A DNA stretch of 64,000 bases from Phyllobates terribilis (Eukaryota), in contig NW_027362768.1 of NCBI RefSeq assembly GCF_046119375.1, positions 276,768,001 through 276,832,000 of the forward strand, in the 5' to 3' direction. The notes below the pieces were generated by a model, which was not told the DNA's origin, ran no database searches, and saw nothing but the letters and a program-made list of their open reading frames with translations. A program made the translations under genes and the position numbers. Below, piece by piece: positions 41,646-52,585 of this stretch (position 1 is the first letter of the stretch; the number at the start of each line of letters is the position of its first letter).

Positions 41646-43238
41646 CAGTGCCTACAAGTTGTATTCAACCCCCTGCAGATTTAGCTGGTTGACACATGCG
41701 GAATTAACTTGGCATTGTGACATTTGTACTGTAGATCAGCCTGGAAGTGGGAAATGCTCTGCAGCAAATTTTGTTTTTGTTTTTTTTTTTGTTTTTTTTT
41801 AAAACGTTAAAAGTTAATTCAGAGTGTCATTTATTATTCAACCCCTTAAACCACAAGAATTCTGTTTGGTCCCCCTAAAGTATTAAGAAGTAGTTCAGGC
41901 ACCAAGAATAATGAGCTTCACATGTGTGGATTAAAGATCTCTTTTGCCAGCCTTTTCTGACTATTTAAGACCCTCCCCAAACTTGTGAACAGCACTCAGA
42001 CATGGTCAACATGGGAAAGACAAAGGAGCATTCCAAGGCCATCAGAGACAAGATCGTGGAGGGTCACAAGGCTGGCAAGGGGTACAAAACCCTTTCCAAG
42101 GAGTTGGGCCTACCTGTCTCCACTGTTGGGAGCATCATCCGTAAGTGGAAGGCTTATGGAACTACTGTTAGCCTTCCACGGCCTGGACAGCCTTTGAAAG
42201 TGTCCTCCCGTGCCGAGGCCAGGCTTGTCCGAAGAGTCAAGGCTAACCCAAGGACAACAAGGAAGGAGCTCCGGGAAGATCTCATGGCAGTGGGGACATT
42301 GGTTTCAGTCAATACCATAACTAACGTACTCCACCGCAATGGTCTCCATTCCAGACGAGCGCGTAAGGTACCTTTACTATCAAAGCGTCATGTCAAGGCT
42401 CGTCTACAGTTTGCTCATGATCACTTGGAGGACTCTGAGACAGACTGGTTCAAGGTTCTATGGTCTGATGAGACCAAGATCGAGATCTTTGGTGCCAACC
42501 ACACACGTGACGTTTGGAGACTGGATGGCACTGCATGCGACCCCAAGAATACCATCCCTACAGTCAAGCATGGTGGTGGCAGCATCATGCTGTGGGGCTG
42601 TTTCTCAGCCAAGGGGCCTGGCCATCTGGTCCGCATCCATGGGAAGATGGATAGCACGGCCTACCTGGAGATTTTGGCCAAGAACCTCCGCTCCTCCATC
42701 AAGGCTCTTAACATGGGTCGTAATTTCATCTTCCAACAAGACAACGACCCAAAGCACACAGCCAAGAAAACCAAGGCCTGGTTCAAGAGGGAAAAAGTCA
42801 AGGTGTTGGAGTGGCCTAGTCAGTCTCCTGACCTTAACCCAATTGAAAACTTGTGGAAGGAGCTCAAGAATAAAGTCCACATGAGACACCCAAAGAACCT
42901 AGATAACTTGGAGAAGATCTGCATGGAGGAGTGGGCCAAGATAACTCCACAGACCTGTGCCGGCCTGATCAGGTCTTATAAAAGACGATTATTAGCTGTA
43001 ATTGCAAACAAGGGTTATTCCACAAAATATTAAACATAGGGGTTGAATAATAATTGATCCACACTTTTATGTTTAAAATTTAATAAAATTCAACTGAGCA
43101 ACATAACTTTTTGGTTTGTAAGATTTATGCTTCTGTTCATAAAACCTACTCTCGTTTGCAGTTTGAAGGCTCTAACTTATTTGCATCTTATCAAACCAGC
43201 TAAATCTGCAGGGGGTTGAATACTACTTGTAGGCACTG
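41646..43238 (+). mobile_element. Tc1 DD34E transposon, structurally intact
   Basis: TA TSDs; TIR CAGTGCCTACAAGT[T/A]GTATTCAACCCCCTGCAGATTTAGCTGGTT with one mismatch over about 45 bp. Confidence 0.95.
42002..43033 (+). CDS. Tc1 transposase, intact 343 aa
   Basis: Paired-like HTH N-terminus, GQP linker, WSDETK, FQQDNDPKH, 34 residues to E in SPDLNPIENLW. Confidence 0.94.
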   Translation: MVNMGKTKEHSKAIRDKIVEGHKAGKGYKTLSKELGLPVSTVGSIIRKWKAYGTTVSLPRPGQPLKVSSRAEARLVRRVKANPRTTRKELREDLMAVGTLVSVNTITNVLHRNGLHSRRARKVPLLSKRHVKARLQFAHDHLEDSETDWFKVLWSDETKIEIFGANHTRDVWRLDGTACDPKNTIPTVKHGGGSIMLWGCFSAKGPGHLVRIHGKMDSTAYLEILAKNLRSSIKALNMGRNFIFQQDNDPKHTAKKTKAWFKREKVKVLEWPSQSPDLNPIENLWKELKNKVHMRHPKNLDNLEKICMEEWAKITPQTCAGLIRSYKRRLLAVIANKGYSTKY

Positions 43239-43659
43239 TATGTGTCCCTCTGCCCAGGCTAATTCTAACCGGGGGTCTTTAATTCTCATAACATCGTAAT
43301 AGGCCCTATGAATAGATCTGGAATAGATAACCTCTTGCATAGTTGAGGGCTCAGACTGGTCCTCTGATTTATGACCCTGCATTAATGACCTGGAATCCAC
43401 GTGTACATTGCAGAGCTAATAGCTATCAATGTTATCACTCCATTTTACATGCTTTTATTTTATGTGCAGATGTTCTTGGTTCTTTCCCAAATACTGTGCT
43501 AAAACTCCTATTTCCATTGCTCCATAATTAGATTTTTTTTGGATGCTGGTGCAGGTGATATAGAAGTGTCACCAGAATTTTTTTTTCTAGGCCCTGAATG
43601 GAGTCAGACTTTGCTTTTAATTCTAACTTTTTAGACTATTTACTTTATTACAATATGAA

Positions 43660-44149
43660 AGTATATAGAACAACAATCCTTATATTGATACCATTAAACA
43701 AATGGCAGAGATGCACACAATAATTAGCACGACAACACAAAATCCTATGGGGGTGACCCAAAAGGATAGAACAGGTGCAATGATACTTGAAGTAGTATAA
43801 AAACCATGTATTTATTCAAAATGATTAAACTTCAAACACCGTAAAATACAGATAAAAGGGGCGATAACCTCAAGAACACAACAGTGTCAGGCTATGTATG
43901 GTATGTTAGGACATACTGTATATCTTCAATCTTTCTGTCATTAGCATAACATCTCGTTACCACGAGATTGAAGATATATGTCCTAACATACCATACATAG
44001 CCTGACGCTGTTGTGTTCTTGAGGTTACCGTACCTTTTATCTGTAATTTACTGTGTTTTGAACTTTTTAATAATTTTGAATAAATACATGTTTTTATACT
44101 ACTTGGAGTATCATTGCTCCTGTTCTATCCTTGGGATTTTGTGTTGTCG
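43660..44149. repeat. Fold-back insertion (about 200-bp inverted arms) flanked by an 11-bp direct repeat
   Basis: Arms 43729-43932 and 43965-44150; TACAATATGAA at 43649 and 44150. AT-rich, possibly Penelope-derived. Confidence 0.75.
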
Positions 44150-44189
44150 TACAATATGAATCGGTCAGCGCCTAATTCTGCTTTTTTAG

Positions 44190-44311
44190 GTTCCGCAACA
44201 AGATGACGGCTGCCGGCTTCACCATTTCTGGGAAGGATCATCCAATCTGTCCAGTAATGCTTGGCGACGCCAGACTTGCTTCATCTATGGCAGATGAGAT
44301 GCTAGAAAGAG
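44190..44311 (+). CDS. GCAT: GCAT exon 8
   Basis: TTAG|; FRNKMTAAGFTISGKDHPICPVMLGDARLASSMADEMLER; donor GTTAGC; 122 nt. Confidence 0.96.
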
Positions 44312-45760
44312 GTTAGCGATTTTGGTAGCAATAAACCTAGTGGGCATGGTGACGGGTCCAACTCACAGGGCAGTATCAAGCATGTTTTTAGTGTATCTTT
44401 TTGCCATCAGAGTGGATGTAAAACAATTAAAGAGCATAAAAGGAAAACTTCCGTCCTATTTTTTGTACTCTCTCTTTTTTATGTGTGAACATGACCTTGT
44501 ATGGAGCCACTTTTTTTTTTTTTTTTAATTTTTATTTTAGACTTTGTAACTTTGCTATGTGCAGATGATGTATAATATTTAAAGGAAATGTTTCAGCAGT
44601 TTTTTTGCTACTTAATCTAAGAGCAGCCTGATGTAGGCTACCTGGTTCCAGGGATGTCTCTTCCTTGGCAGCCTGCTGTAGTTTGAATATAATCAGTGAT
44701 TTATCAGCAGAGATTATCACTACAGGACTAGGTGTCATGTGCCAGGCAGTCCAGCTAATCTGAGTAACCCCGCCCCCACCACTGACTAGCAGCTTGCTGA
44801 TAATGAAAGGTGTGCAAAGAAACTGCTAATCAGGAGTGTGGATGAAATTATACAGGGATCAGCATTCATAGCACTGCAGCATTTACAGTAGGGAAAACAG
44901 GAATACTATCAAAACTGCACCAAGTAAGTCCAGTTTGTGAAAAATTGCTGGAATCAGGGTCTCTGCCCCATACTCATTCTCTCCGATTCCATAGCAAAAT
45001 GCTGTCCACAAATTCCCATTAATGTGTTTTTTAAATAAAAATTGGGACGTAAAAATAGACTCCTCCTCGTGGAACAAAGTAACCAAGCTTTACTTGTGAA
45101 ACTGAGGAAACTGCTTTCCATGTGCCCCCCAAAGTTCACACTGTGTTCAGACATTGACTCCCATTGAAGGGGGAAAAAAAAAAAGATGCATGTTTGAACT
45201 GACTATTTTAGTCGGCTATGTACAAAAAAGTTTGGCCAACAATGGTCTTTGAGCATGTTTTTTTTTTCCCCGTATATATGCTGAACATAGTGCCCACATA
45301 CAGCGTGACTCTAGCCTAAGAACAAGACTTTGCTCAGCTATACAGCAACATTCAAAGTAAAAATAAAGGGGCCATGACCACAGCCGATCTATAACCAGAC
45401 CTTTAAAGGGGTTTTCCCACAAACAAAAGTTGATTTTAATCAATAGATCTTGGAATGATAATAACTTCCACAATTGAATGTGTTTAAATAAAATGTCCCT
45501 GTGCTGAGATAATCTTATAAATGTGCCCCTGCTGTGTGCTGTGTAATGGCTGTGTCTGACCGTACAGGAACATGGTCTGATCATACCACAGCTCCTGGGC
45601 CATTTTCATAGATAAGGACCTGGTGCTAAAGATCCAGCCATCAGGACCTAGTATGGTGGACAAGCGACTGCCTAGAATGTCATCCAGTCTTATGTGCCAC
45701 CACTATACCCAGTAATATATATTAACTGTACTTCTCATGTTTTTTTTTTTTACCCTTTAG

Positions 45761-45912
45761 GCATTTATGTAATTGGATTTAGCTTCCCAGTGGTTCCTAA
45801 GGGTAAAGCTCGTATCCGTGTCCAGATTTCTGCAGCTCACAGTGACGAAGACATTGACAACTGTGTTCAGGCATTTACAGAGGTGGGACGCAAACTTGGT
45901 GTTGTGCCCTAA
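45761..45912 (+). CDS. GCAT: GCAT exon 9 (last coding exon)
   Basis: TTAG|; [26 protein letters not shown]...stop. The nine exons sum to 1251 nt = 416 aa plus stop with consistent phases. Confidence 0.96.
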
Positions 45913-46160
45913 GGACCAGAGAACATCTCTGACCACTGCAACTGTGAACTTGAGATCTAGAAAGTAGTTGTTGTGCACAGAGGAACAAGATTTGATGAGA
46001 AAGCTTTATATGGCATTTTGTGACTATGTGCCAAAACAAAGATTGCATCAATAGCCAAATCTCTGTACAACACCTTGTACATGTGGCTCGCTGCAGCAGA
46101 GCATCATGCACAGTTTGACTTGGTAATGGCTTGTCCTATGACTCCTATCATAGTGACCTC

Positions 46161-46166
46161 AATAAA
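46161..46166 (+). terminator. Likely GCAT polyadenylation signal
   Basis: AATAAA about 250 nt after the GCAT stop codon. Confidence 0.65.
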
Positions 46167-46379
46167 AGCAGATCTGTTCTAGGACGTGTATTTATAATGT
46201 TTTTGAATCTATAGCGTGATCATAACCTGTTGTGTATATAATCGCTCTAAACCTGTCTGAGCTGTTATAGCATAATTCAGGGTGTGTCCTCTTGCTCATT
46301 GTACACCAACCGCTTGTCTACTGACTCACCGCAACTATTAGAATGGGGTTCTCCACTGAGGAACAGTATGTTTTATTAA

Positions 46380-46810
46380 AAGGAATCTTTCACCAGATTT
46401 TTGCTACCTAATCTAACAGCGGCATGATTTAGAAACAGAAACCCTGATTCCAACGATGTGTCACATACTTAGCCGCTTGCTGTAGTTTATATAAAATCAC
46501 TGTTGTCAACAGGAAATTATCATTGGAGGGCTAGTAAACCAGCTACTACTGTATGTAGTGAAGCTTTCTGCCTATGCACAGTGCACACAGAAAGCTGACA
46601 ATCCGTGGTATGGGGCAGGGTTATACAGGGTTCAGCAATTAGAAAACTGGTAGATCTGCAGCAAAAAAACAAAACCAAACAAACCCTAAAGTTTTTATCC
46701 AAGACTGCAGCAAGCAGCCTAATAAGTGATAAATCGGTAGAATAAGGATCTCTGCCCCTACATCATAATGCTCTGAAATGGGGGAGCAAAAACCTGGTGA
46801 CAGATTCCCT
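46380..46810. mobile_element. Complete Kolobok/T2-like MITE
   Basis: TTAA-AGGAATCT...AGATTCCCT-TTAA. Confidence 0.8.
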
Positions 46811-47629
46811 TTAAATTTTTGAAGCGTTATTAGGAAATCTTATTTTGCTACATTTGTACCACTACTCTTTAAGGGCACATTCAGACGTCCGAACAATTTG
46901 GTCCAAGATCGGACTCTAATGCACGGACTGGCCGTGGGTCTGTACCCGAGCGTCACCGCTTCAACTCTTTTGTGCATTGCAGGCTGATCTCAGCCTGATT
47001 TGTACGGATGTCTGACTGTACCCTACCTATGACTCAGATATGAATCAGACTCTATGTCCAGCGTTCATACCTGTGAAATGTGCCGCTAAAGGTAAGCCCC
47101 AGACATACACAACTCTCTGCTTACAAAGGGTCACTTTCTTTTCTTCAGGATTTATTTGACATGAAACCCTTTGAAGTACTATAATATATATGTAGTACTA
47201 GAAAGGATTTCTGGGCCATGATTGTAGTGTAACGACGGGAATCTTAAAGGTCCATTTATACTGCATAAATATCATGAATGAGTATTCCTAGTAATGTTCA
47301 CTTAATGATTTTGCAGTGTGAACAGGCTGCCAATCACCTGACTAATTAGCAGGATGCTCGTTCATTGGGTGAAATGATCTTCTGGTTTGCACAAAAGATC
47401 GTCATCTTGTGTAATGAAGAGTTGCACTGCTGAGAAGAATGTCGACCTACGTGCACAGAATGGTCTACTATAGATGGTTCAGTGTGCATATGAAGCAGGG
47501 TCAACCTGTGTGAACAGGCTATTAAATGACCGCCAAACATTTAACACTGTGCTTCATGCAGTGTAAATGCACTGCACCAGTATATAACATACATACTGCC
47601 TAGATCCGCTTTATTTCACAGTTCGCCGG

Positions 47630-48224
47630 TGTCACACAAGGTGAGGGAAAGACCTAAGTGCAACACGAAGGGAAGAGGGGAGGAAGCCCAAACACTAGGG
47701 AAAGGGGGAGTGGAGACCCCTAGGCAGATCTAATATCATCCTGCTTACCCCATCATCCCTATGTAGGTTCTGCCCCTATAGCCGAGCAGGAACCTAAGCC
47801 CTGAATGTCCCTAGAGCTAGGCCCTAGATAAGGAGGGGACAGGGTGAGCACTAGTCAAGCCCCACTACAAACTACAGACAAGCTAGACAAACAAAGGGGA
47901 TACACTTAGCTTGTGCAGACAGCAGAGAGATAACGCCAACTGTCCTCTAAGGGCACCAAAGAAGAAACTAGCCAACTGCTACTGCTCCAAGTGAACACAG
48001 AGGTACATAGCACTATCACCGGCGCCTCTGGAGAAACTGAGTTTTTAATAACCAAGCATGGGTGTGTCAATCAGCAGCAGAAGGTGTAGTTAGCTGCTGG
48101 GTCCTAAAGGAAGGAGGCTATAACAATACTAAAGAGATGAGAGGATCAAGAAGGCGTCTGCAATGCCAAACGCAGTGACCTTCTGCAGCCGGCTCCAGAG
48201 CGACCGTCTGGCACACCCGTGACA
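47630..48224. mobile_element. Solo LTR (595 bp)
   Basis: TGTCAC...GTGACA termini; 5-bp flanks GCCGG/GCTGG (one CpG-type mismatch). Confidence 0.7.
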
Positions 48225-49713
48225 GCTGGTCATCACATGACTGCTCTTATGCCATTTACATACTTGTGGTCACATGCTGATTGGTTTCTCTACTGCTTCT
48301 CTTAATTCATCAATACGGCCATCAGAATCCATACTTAAAGGGAATCTATCCCCTCGGAAAATGCTATTTACCTGCAGATATCAGTGTAGGCTAGGTTCAC
48401 ACGACAGTATAAAAAATCGTTCCCATTATCCAGAAAAATGGGATCATCCCTTTTCTCGCTTGTCATCCATATGCAATCTGTTTTATTTACTCAGCAGCTA
48501 TTAATCATTTACAGTTTCCCATGTTATAGAAATGCAATGTATCTGTAAAAATCGAATGCCATACGGTGCATGCTACGATTTTTTTTTTTGTCTGTTAACA
48601 AACTCTGTCACTGAAAAAAAAAATTGAAAAACATGGGTCAGTGTGAAATCGGATAAAAAATCAGATAGCACTCGTCTAATTTATACACTGGTGTGCGTGA
48701 GCCCTAATCTGCAGTTACAATGCAGCCCGGCTGCCTTACTGAAAGTGCAGCTACCAGGAGAAAATGAACTTCTTTCCTCCCAGGAGTTGCCAGCTTTCCA
48801 TCATGAGGACATAGAGCGGGTACAAGTCAATGATCACTATACTGTGAGCAGCGGCTGTAAGCACGCCCCAGCATTCTGAGTGACAGCTCGCTCGGCGCAG
48901 ATGCGCTGCAGAGCAAGCTGTCAATGAAAGTGCTGGGCTGTGCTCATAGCCGCTGCTCACGGTATAGCGGGCCGTGCTCTGAGAAATCACTGCCCACTTC
49001 TATGACTGACAGGCTTCCGGGATGAAATCATTTTAATTTCCCCTCTCCGTTGAAATACTTTGATTGCCAAGGTATTAGCAATGTAGAGGTAAAATAAAAT
49101 AAAAATTAAGCAAAAAAAAAAAGTTTCATTCCACTGTGCAGCCAATTTGGTGAAAGGTCCTTTTTAAGGGTCAGCCATATTATTTATTTTTTTCCAAGTT
49201 GTGCCTTGAACAACTAATCTACATATTAAAGAGGGTTGCAACTACTTTATTTAGGAAAAATAGGCCTATGATAATCTTAAAATAAGGTCACAGCCCCACT
49301 ATCAGTGTTTGGTCAGTATTTTTTCTCAGGAGTGGGAGCCAAAACCAGGTGAGGAACAATCAGAGAAAAGGTATAATAGAAACAAGTCACCAATTCTGCA
49401 TTTATCACCCACTCCTGGTTTTGGTTCCCACTCCAGAGAAAACATACTGACCGAATACAGATAGTGGGGCCATGCCCTAAAGAACATACTCTCACAAGAC
49501 CCCCTCACTTAGTCCTTTTGAGAAAAAAGAAGAGCTTCCTGTCTATTATTTATTAATTTGTTATACACAGAGGGCTTGCAGTAGCCGGGACATTGTCCTG
49601 TATAATATATACTGCACCTGCTGAAGAACCTCTTTTCACTGACAATCTAAATCGGATGAGACGGAACAAGATTTTTCCAGTAGTATAGTTGACTTATACC
49701 TATATACTGCTAC

Positions 49714-51014
49714 TGTGGCGCCTCTGAGCGTTCGACCGCCACAGGGGTGCTGCACTTCTCTAATGGAGTGTGGTTTTCCTCCTCTAAGGTAAGAACAGTG
49801 CGATGGTCAGGACCCTTCCTTCACATCCAACACCACACTTCTCCCACCAGAGGGGGCTAGAATGCACTAGGTGCTGCCCTCCTGGTTCCAGGGAGACTGG
49901 GGAACCAAGAGCTAGGGGAACCATTTAGTGGGTGAGGGTGGAGGACTCACATTTTGGTGACACTTAATAATTCATATTTAATACACAGCCATCTTGGTTC
50001 ATGGTCCTTTTGATGGGTCTTTTGACTGTCTTTGTATTGTGATCTTCCTCCCTGAGCGTGGATCCTGTGTGGGCCTGCAGAGGACGGAGACACGGCCCTT
50101 GTACCTTGGCCTTGGGTCGAGGGGCAGGTTGCAGACAATGAATGTCTCAACCGGGTCATGGACCATGACCAAGAAGGCCCGGAGCTAAAGAGTGTAGCTC
50201 CACAGCAAATGGATCCCAGGGGGATGCAGACGGAGCAGTATACGCCACCTGTCCTCGCCACCTGATATACTCAGAGGGAGTCCGGCTGCAAGAGGGGTAC
50301 CGGCCCCTGACACCCGACCTTGCTACTCCATGTCCTGGTCGGGGAAGCCTGGTAGGCCCTGAGTTTCCCACCGGGTGTCGGAAGGAGCGGAGCCGCCACC
50401 CGTGCCCTTTTTCTGAGAGGGGCTCAGAGGGAGACCCGGCCTATTTACACACACAGACAGGAAAGCACTCGGTCTGTAGTTTAGGAACACTCTGGTGCGG
50501 GGTCCTGATTGAACACTCGACTTACTCGGAGGTTGTCGGACCCCCTTCGTCTCTGGTGGCCGCAGAACTCCGCGAGGAGCAGGGAGTCGCCTTCCTTCTG
50601 CCATCTCTGGTGTGAGTAAAGCCTTGGAAGTTCACCCCTATGGCCTCCGGACTTTTTATTCTGCGCTACACCGCACGACACAGACTTTCTAGACTACTAC
50701 CCCTGTCATTCCTGTCCCTCTGCCCTGAGGCCTTGCTCCGCCTGTGGGGAGTAGTAACAACGACGGCTGCCATAACACGATGCCTCGGCGGACTGCAGCA
50801 GCGCTGGTGGCCTTTACCCGGTACCACAGGTGGCGTAGTCGAAATCAGCCACTCAACCCGGATAAGCCCGTACCATCCTTCTTTTAATGTGACGGCCCTG
50901 GGCACGGAGCGGGTCCGGGCCACGGCTGCACCCCATCTCTCCATCACAGGATCCGACTCCTAGTCCCCCATCTCCCAGGGTAAAGGGGCTTACAGAAGGC
51001 TTTGAGGCGTCACA
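49714..51014 (+). mobile_element. Solo LTR (Gypsy-like, 1301 bp), related to 32952..34183
   Basis: TGTGGCGCCTC...GAGGCGTCACA inverted termini; perfect CTAC TSD; shares TGTGAGTAAAGC, TGCCCTGAGGC and GGTGGCGTAGTCG blocks with the other LTR. Confidence 0.88.
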
Positions 51015-51738
51015 CTACTCTGTGGGGGGTCTGGGGACTTGGACGCTCGAACACATATTTTTTGGATAAGCCATTATTATATATTCCCGAGAAAAATAAT
51101 TTAGAATAAAACAGCCTGTAGATAAACCTACATGCGGAGATAAATACGGTCACATGGAGCTCCACATTACCCCGTTTTCAGGGATATTGCTGTGTCGTCA
51201 GAGATCTCTTATACATACGCAGCAGCTTCTCGCTTTCTTTGAAGAACAATATATCATTATCCATGTTTAGCAGATTGCATAGAACTGTACTTACTTCTAG
51301 TTGCTCCTTTAGGACCTCAGTTGCCATCCCTGAACAATTAGTTGCCATGGAAGACTATGCCCATTGACATTACTGCAAACACAGAGCTTTGTGGCACTCT
51401 GATTTCTACTATTCTAATGTTACCGTAGTATGGCGTAGTAATGACTACTCTCATCATCAGTACATGAGTGTCTGTAGTCATGTGCAGGGATGTATGATAC
51501 TTGTGCACGCTTAGGCAGTGGCACGCTTCAGTTAATGCATACATGCCCTGATTGCTTGGACCCTGTGTACTGCCAGCTGTTTGGGTTACCCTGTGACCTT
51601 CACTCTTATCCCAGACAGCCTGTCTGGACTGATTTCTAGCAAACATCCTACAGGGGCGCACGCTGTCCAAATTTAATCCTTTCATTGCCATGCATTACCC
51701 ATATAAAAACTTTACAAAGTAAAAGTTTGGAAAGCTGC

Positions 51739-51744
51739 TTTATT
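51739..51744 (-). terminator. Likely noggin4 polyadenylation signal
   Basis: TTTATT on plus = AATAAA on minus, about 100 nt past the stop. Confidence 0.5.
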
Positions 51745-51841
51745 ATCTGGTGGTCTTACATAAAACTTTTGTGCCCGTTGTACCTTTATGGCAGTGAGGA
51801 GATCAGCCAAAAATAATCTCAGCAGGCAGTCTAATACATCA

Positions 51842-52585
51842 TTACCTACATGCACACTTACAAGCAGCCACCACCGGGTAAGGAACCTGTCTCCACATGC
51901 AATTCTGGGATGCCCAGCCTTTACCAGCATCCTGCATCCAGCAGTGCCACGCCAATAATTTAATATGAGTAATCTGAGCCTGGCGACACTCCATCCCTGG
52001 TGGCCAGGAACATGCGGTGTTACTCTCATCACAGTCCGTGTGCCTCACCCATCGTGGCCAGAAAACAGGACCTAGATCCACCCATGTGGACGTTAGCTTG
52101 CAGCTTGCCCGCTGCACCAACCACAGCCGCAGTTCATTAAGCACAACATGGCTGCTGTTAGCAGAGAGTTCTGCTGGAAGTTTCAGTAAAGCAAAATCAA
52201 TGTTTTGAGCCTCCTGGGTAAGCTTCCTGCGGTAACGACCGGCACCATCAAAAAGATCCTGGCTGAGCGCAGATAAGTGGCTGCTGGTATCGTTTTCTGC
52301 AGGTTTCTCCACCGACATCCAGAATGGATCAAAGGACGATCCTAGTATTCGGAGAAGACGAGGGGTTTTTAAGTGCTTGGGTTTTGGAGAATAATGGTAA
52401 TCCAGTGGCGATCGGGAGAGGCTGTAGGGACGAGTGCCAGAGGAGCTTCTCCGTCGCAGGGTGCCCAATTCGGTGTCTGCTTGGGTCTCATCGAAACGTT
52501 TGGCGTCAGCCGTATTGTCCAAGTAAACCGGAGACCATTGGATTCCAAGAAGTATTAACCAGATGAAGGGAGAGAACATTTCCAT
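51842..52585 (-). CDS. nog4: Noggin 4 (secreted cystine-knot noggin-family protein), single exon, 247 aa
   Basis: Hydrophobic signal peptide; motifs RPYSLS, FDPFWMS, WVDLGPVFWPRWVRHTDC, CSWPPGM, CKCAC; nine C-terminal Cys. Lacks a noggin1-type RPAPSD clip, consistent with the noggin4 subfamily (from recall, not a search). Confidence 0.88.
   Translation of the reverse strand: MEMFSPFIWLILLGIQWSPVYLDNTADAKRFDETQADTELGTLRRRSSSGTRPYSLSRSPLDYHYSPKPKHLKTPRLLRILGSSFDPFWMSVEKPAENDTSSHLSALSQDLFDGAGRYRRKLTQEAQNIDFALLKLPAELSANSSHVVLNELRLWLVQRASCKLTSTWVDLGPVFWPRWVRHTDCDESNTACSWPPGMECRQAQITHIKLLAWHCWMQDAGKGWASQNCMWRQVPYPVVAACKCACR

Noticed and set aside
42154-42889. Overlapping alternative-frame and antisense ORFs in the Tc1 transposase
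   Set aside because: Expected by-products of an intact coding sequence; no independent motifs.
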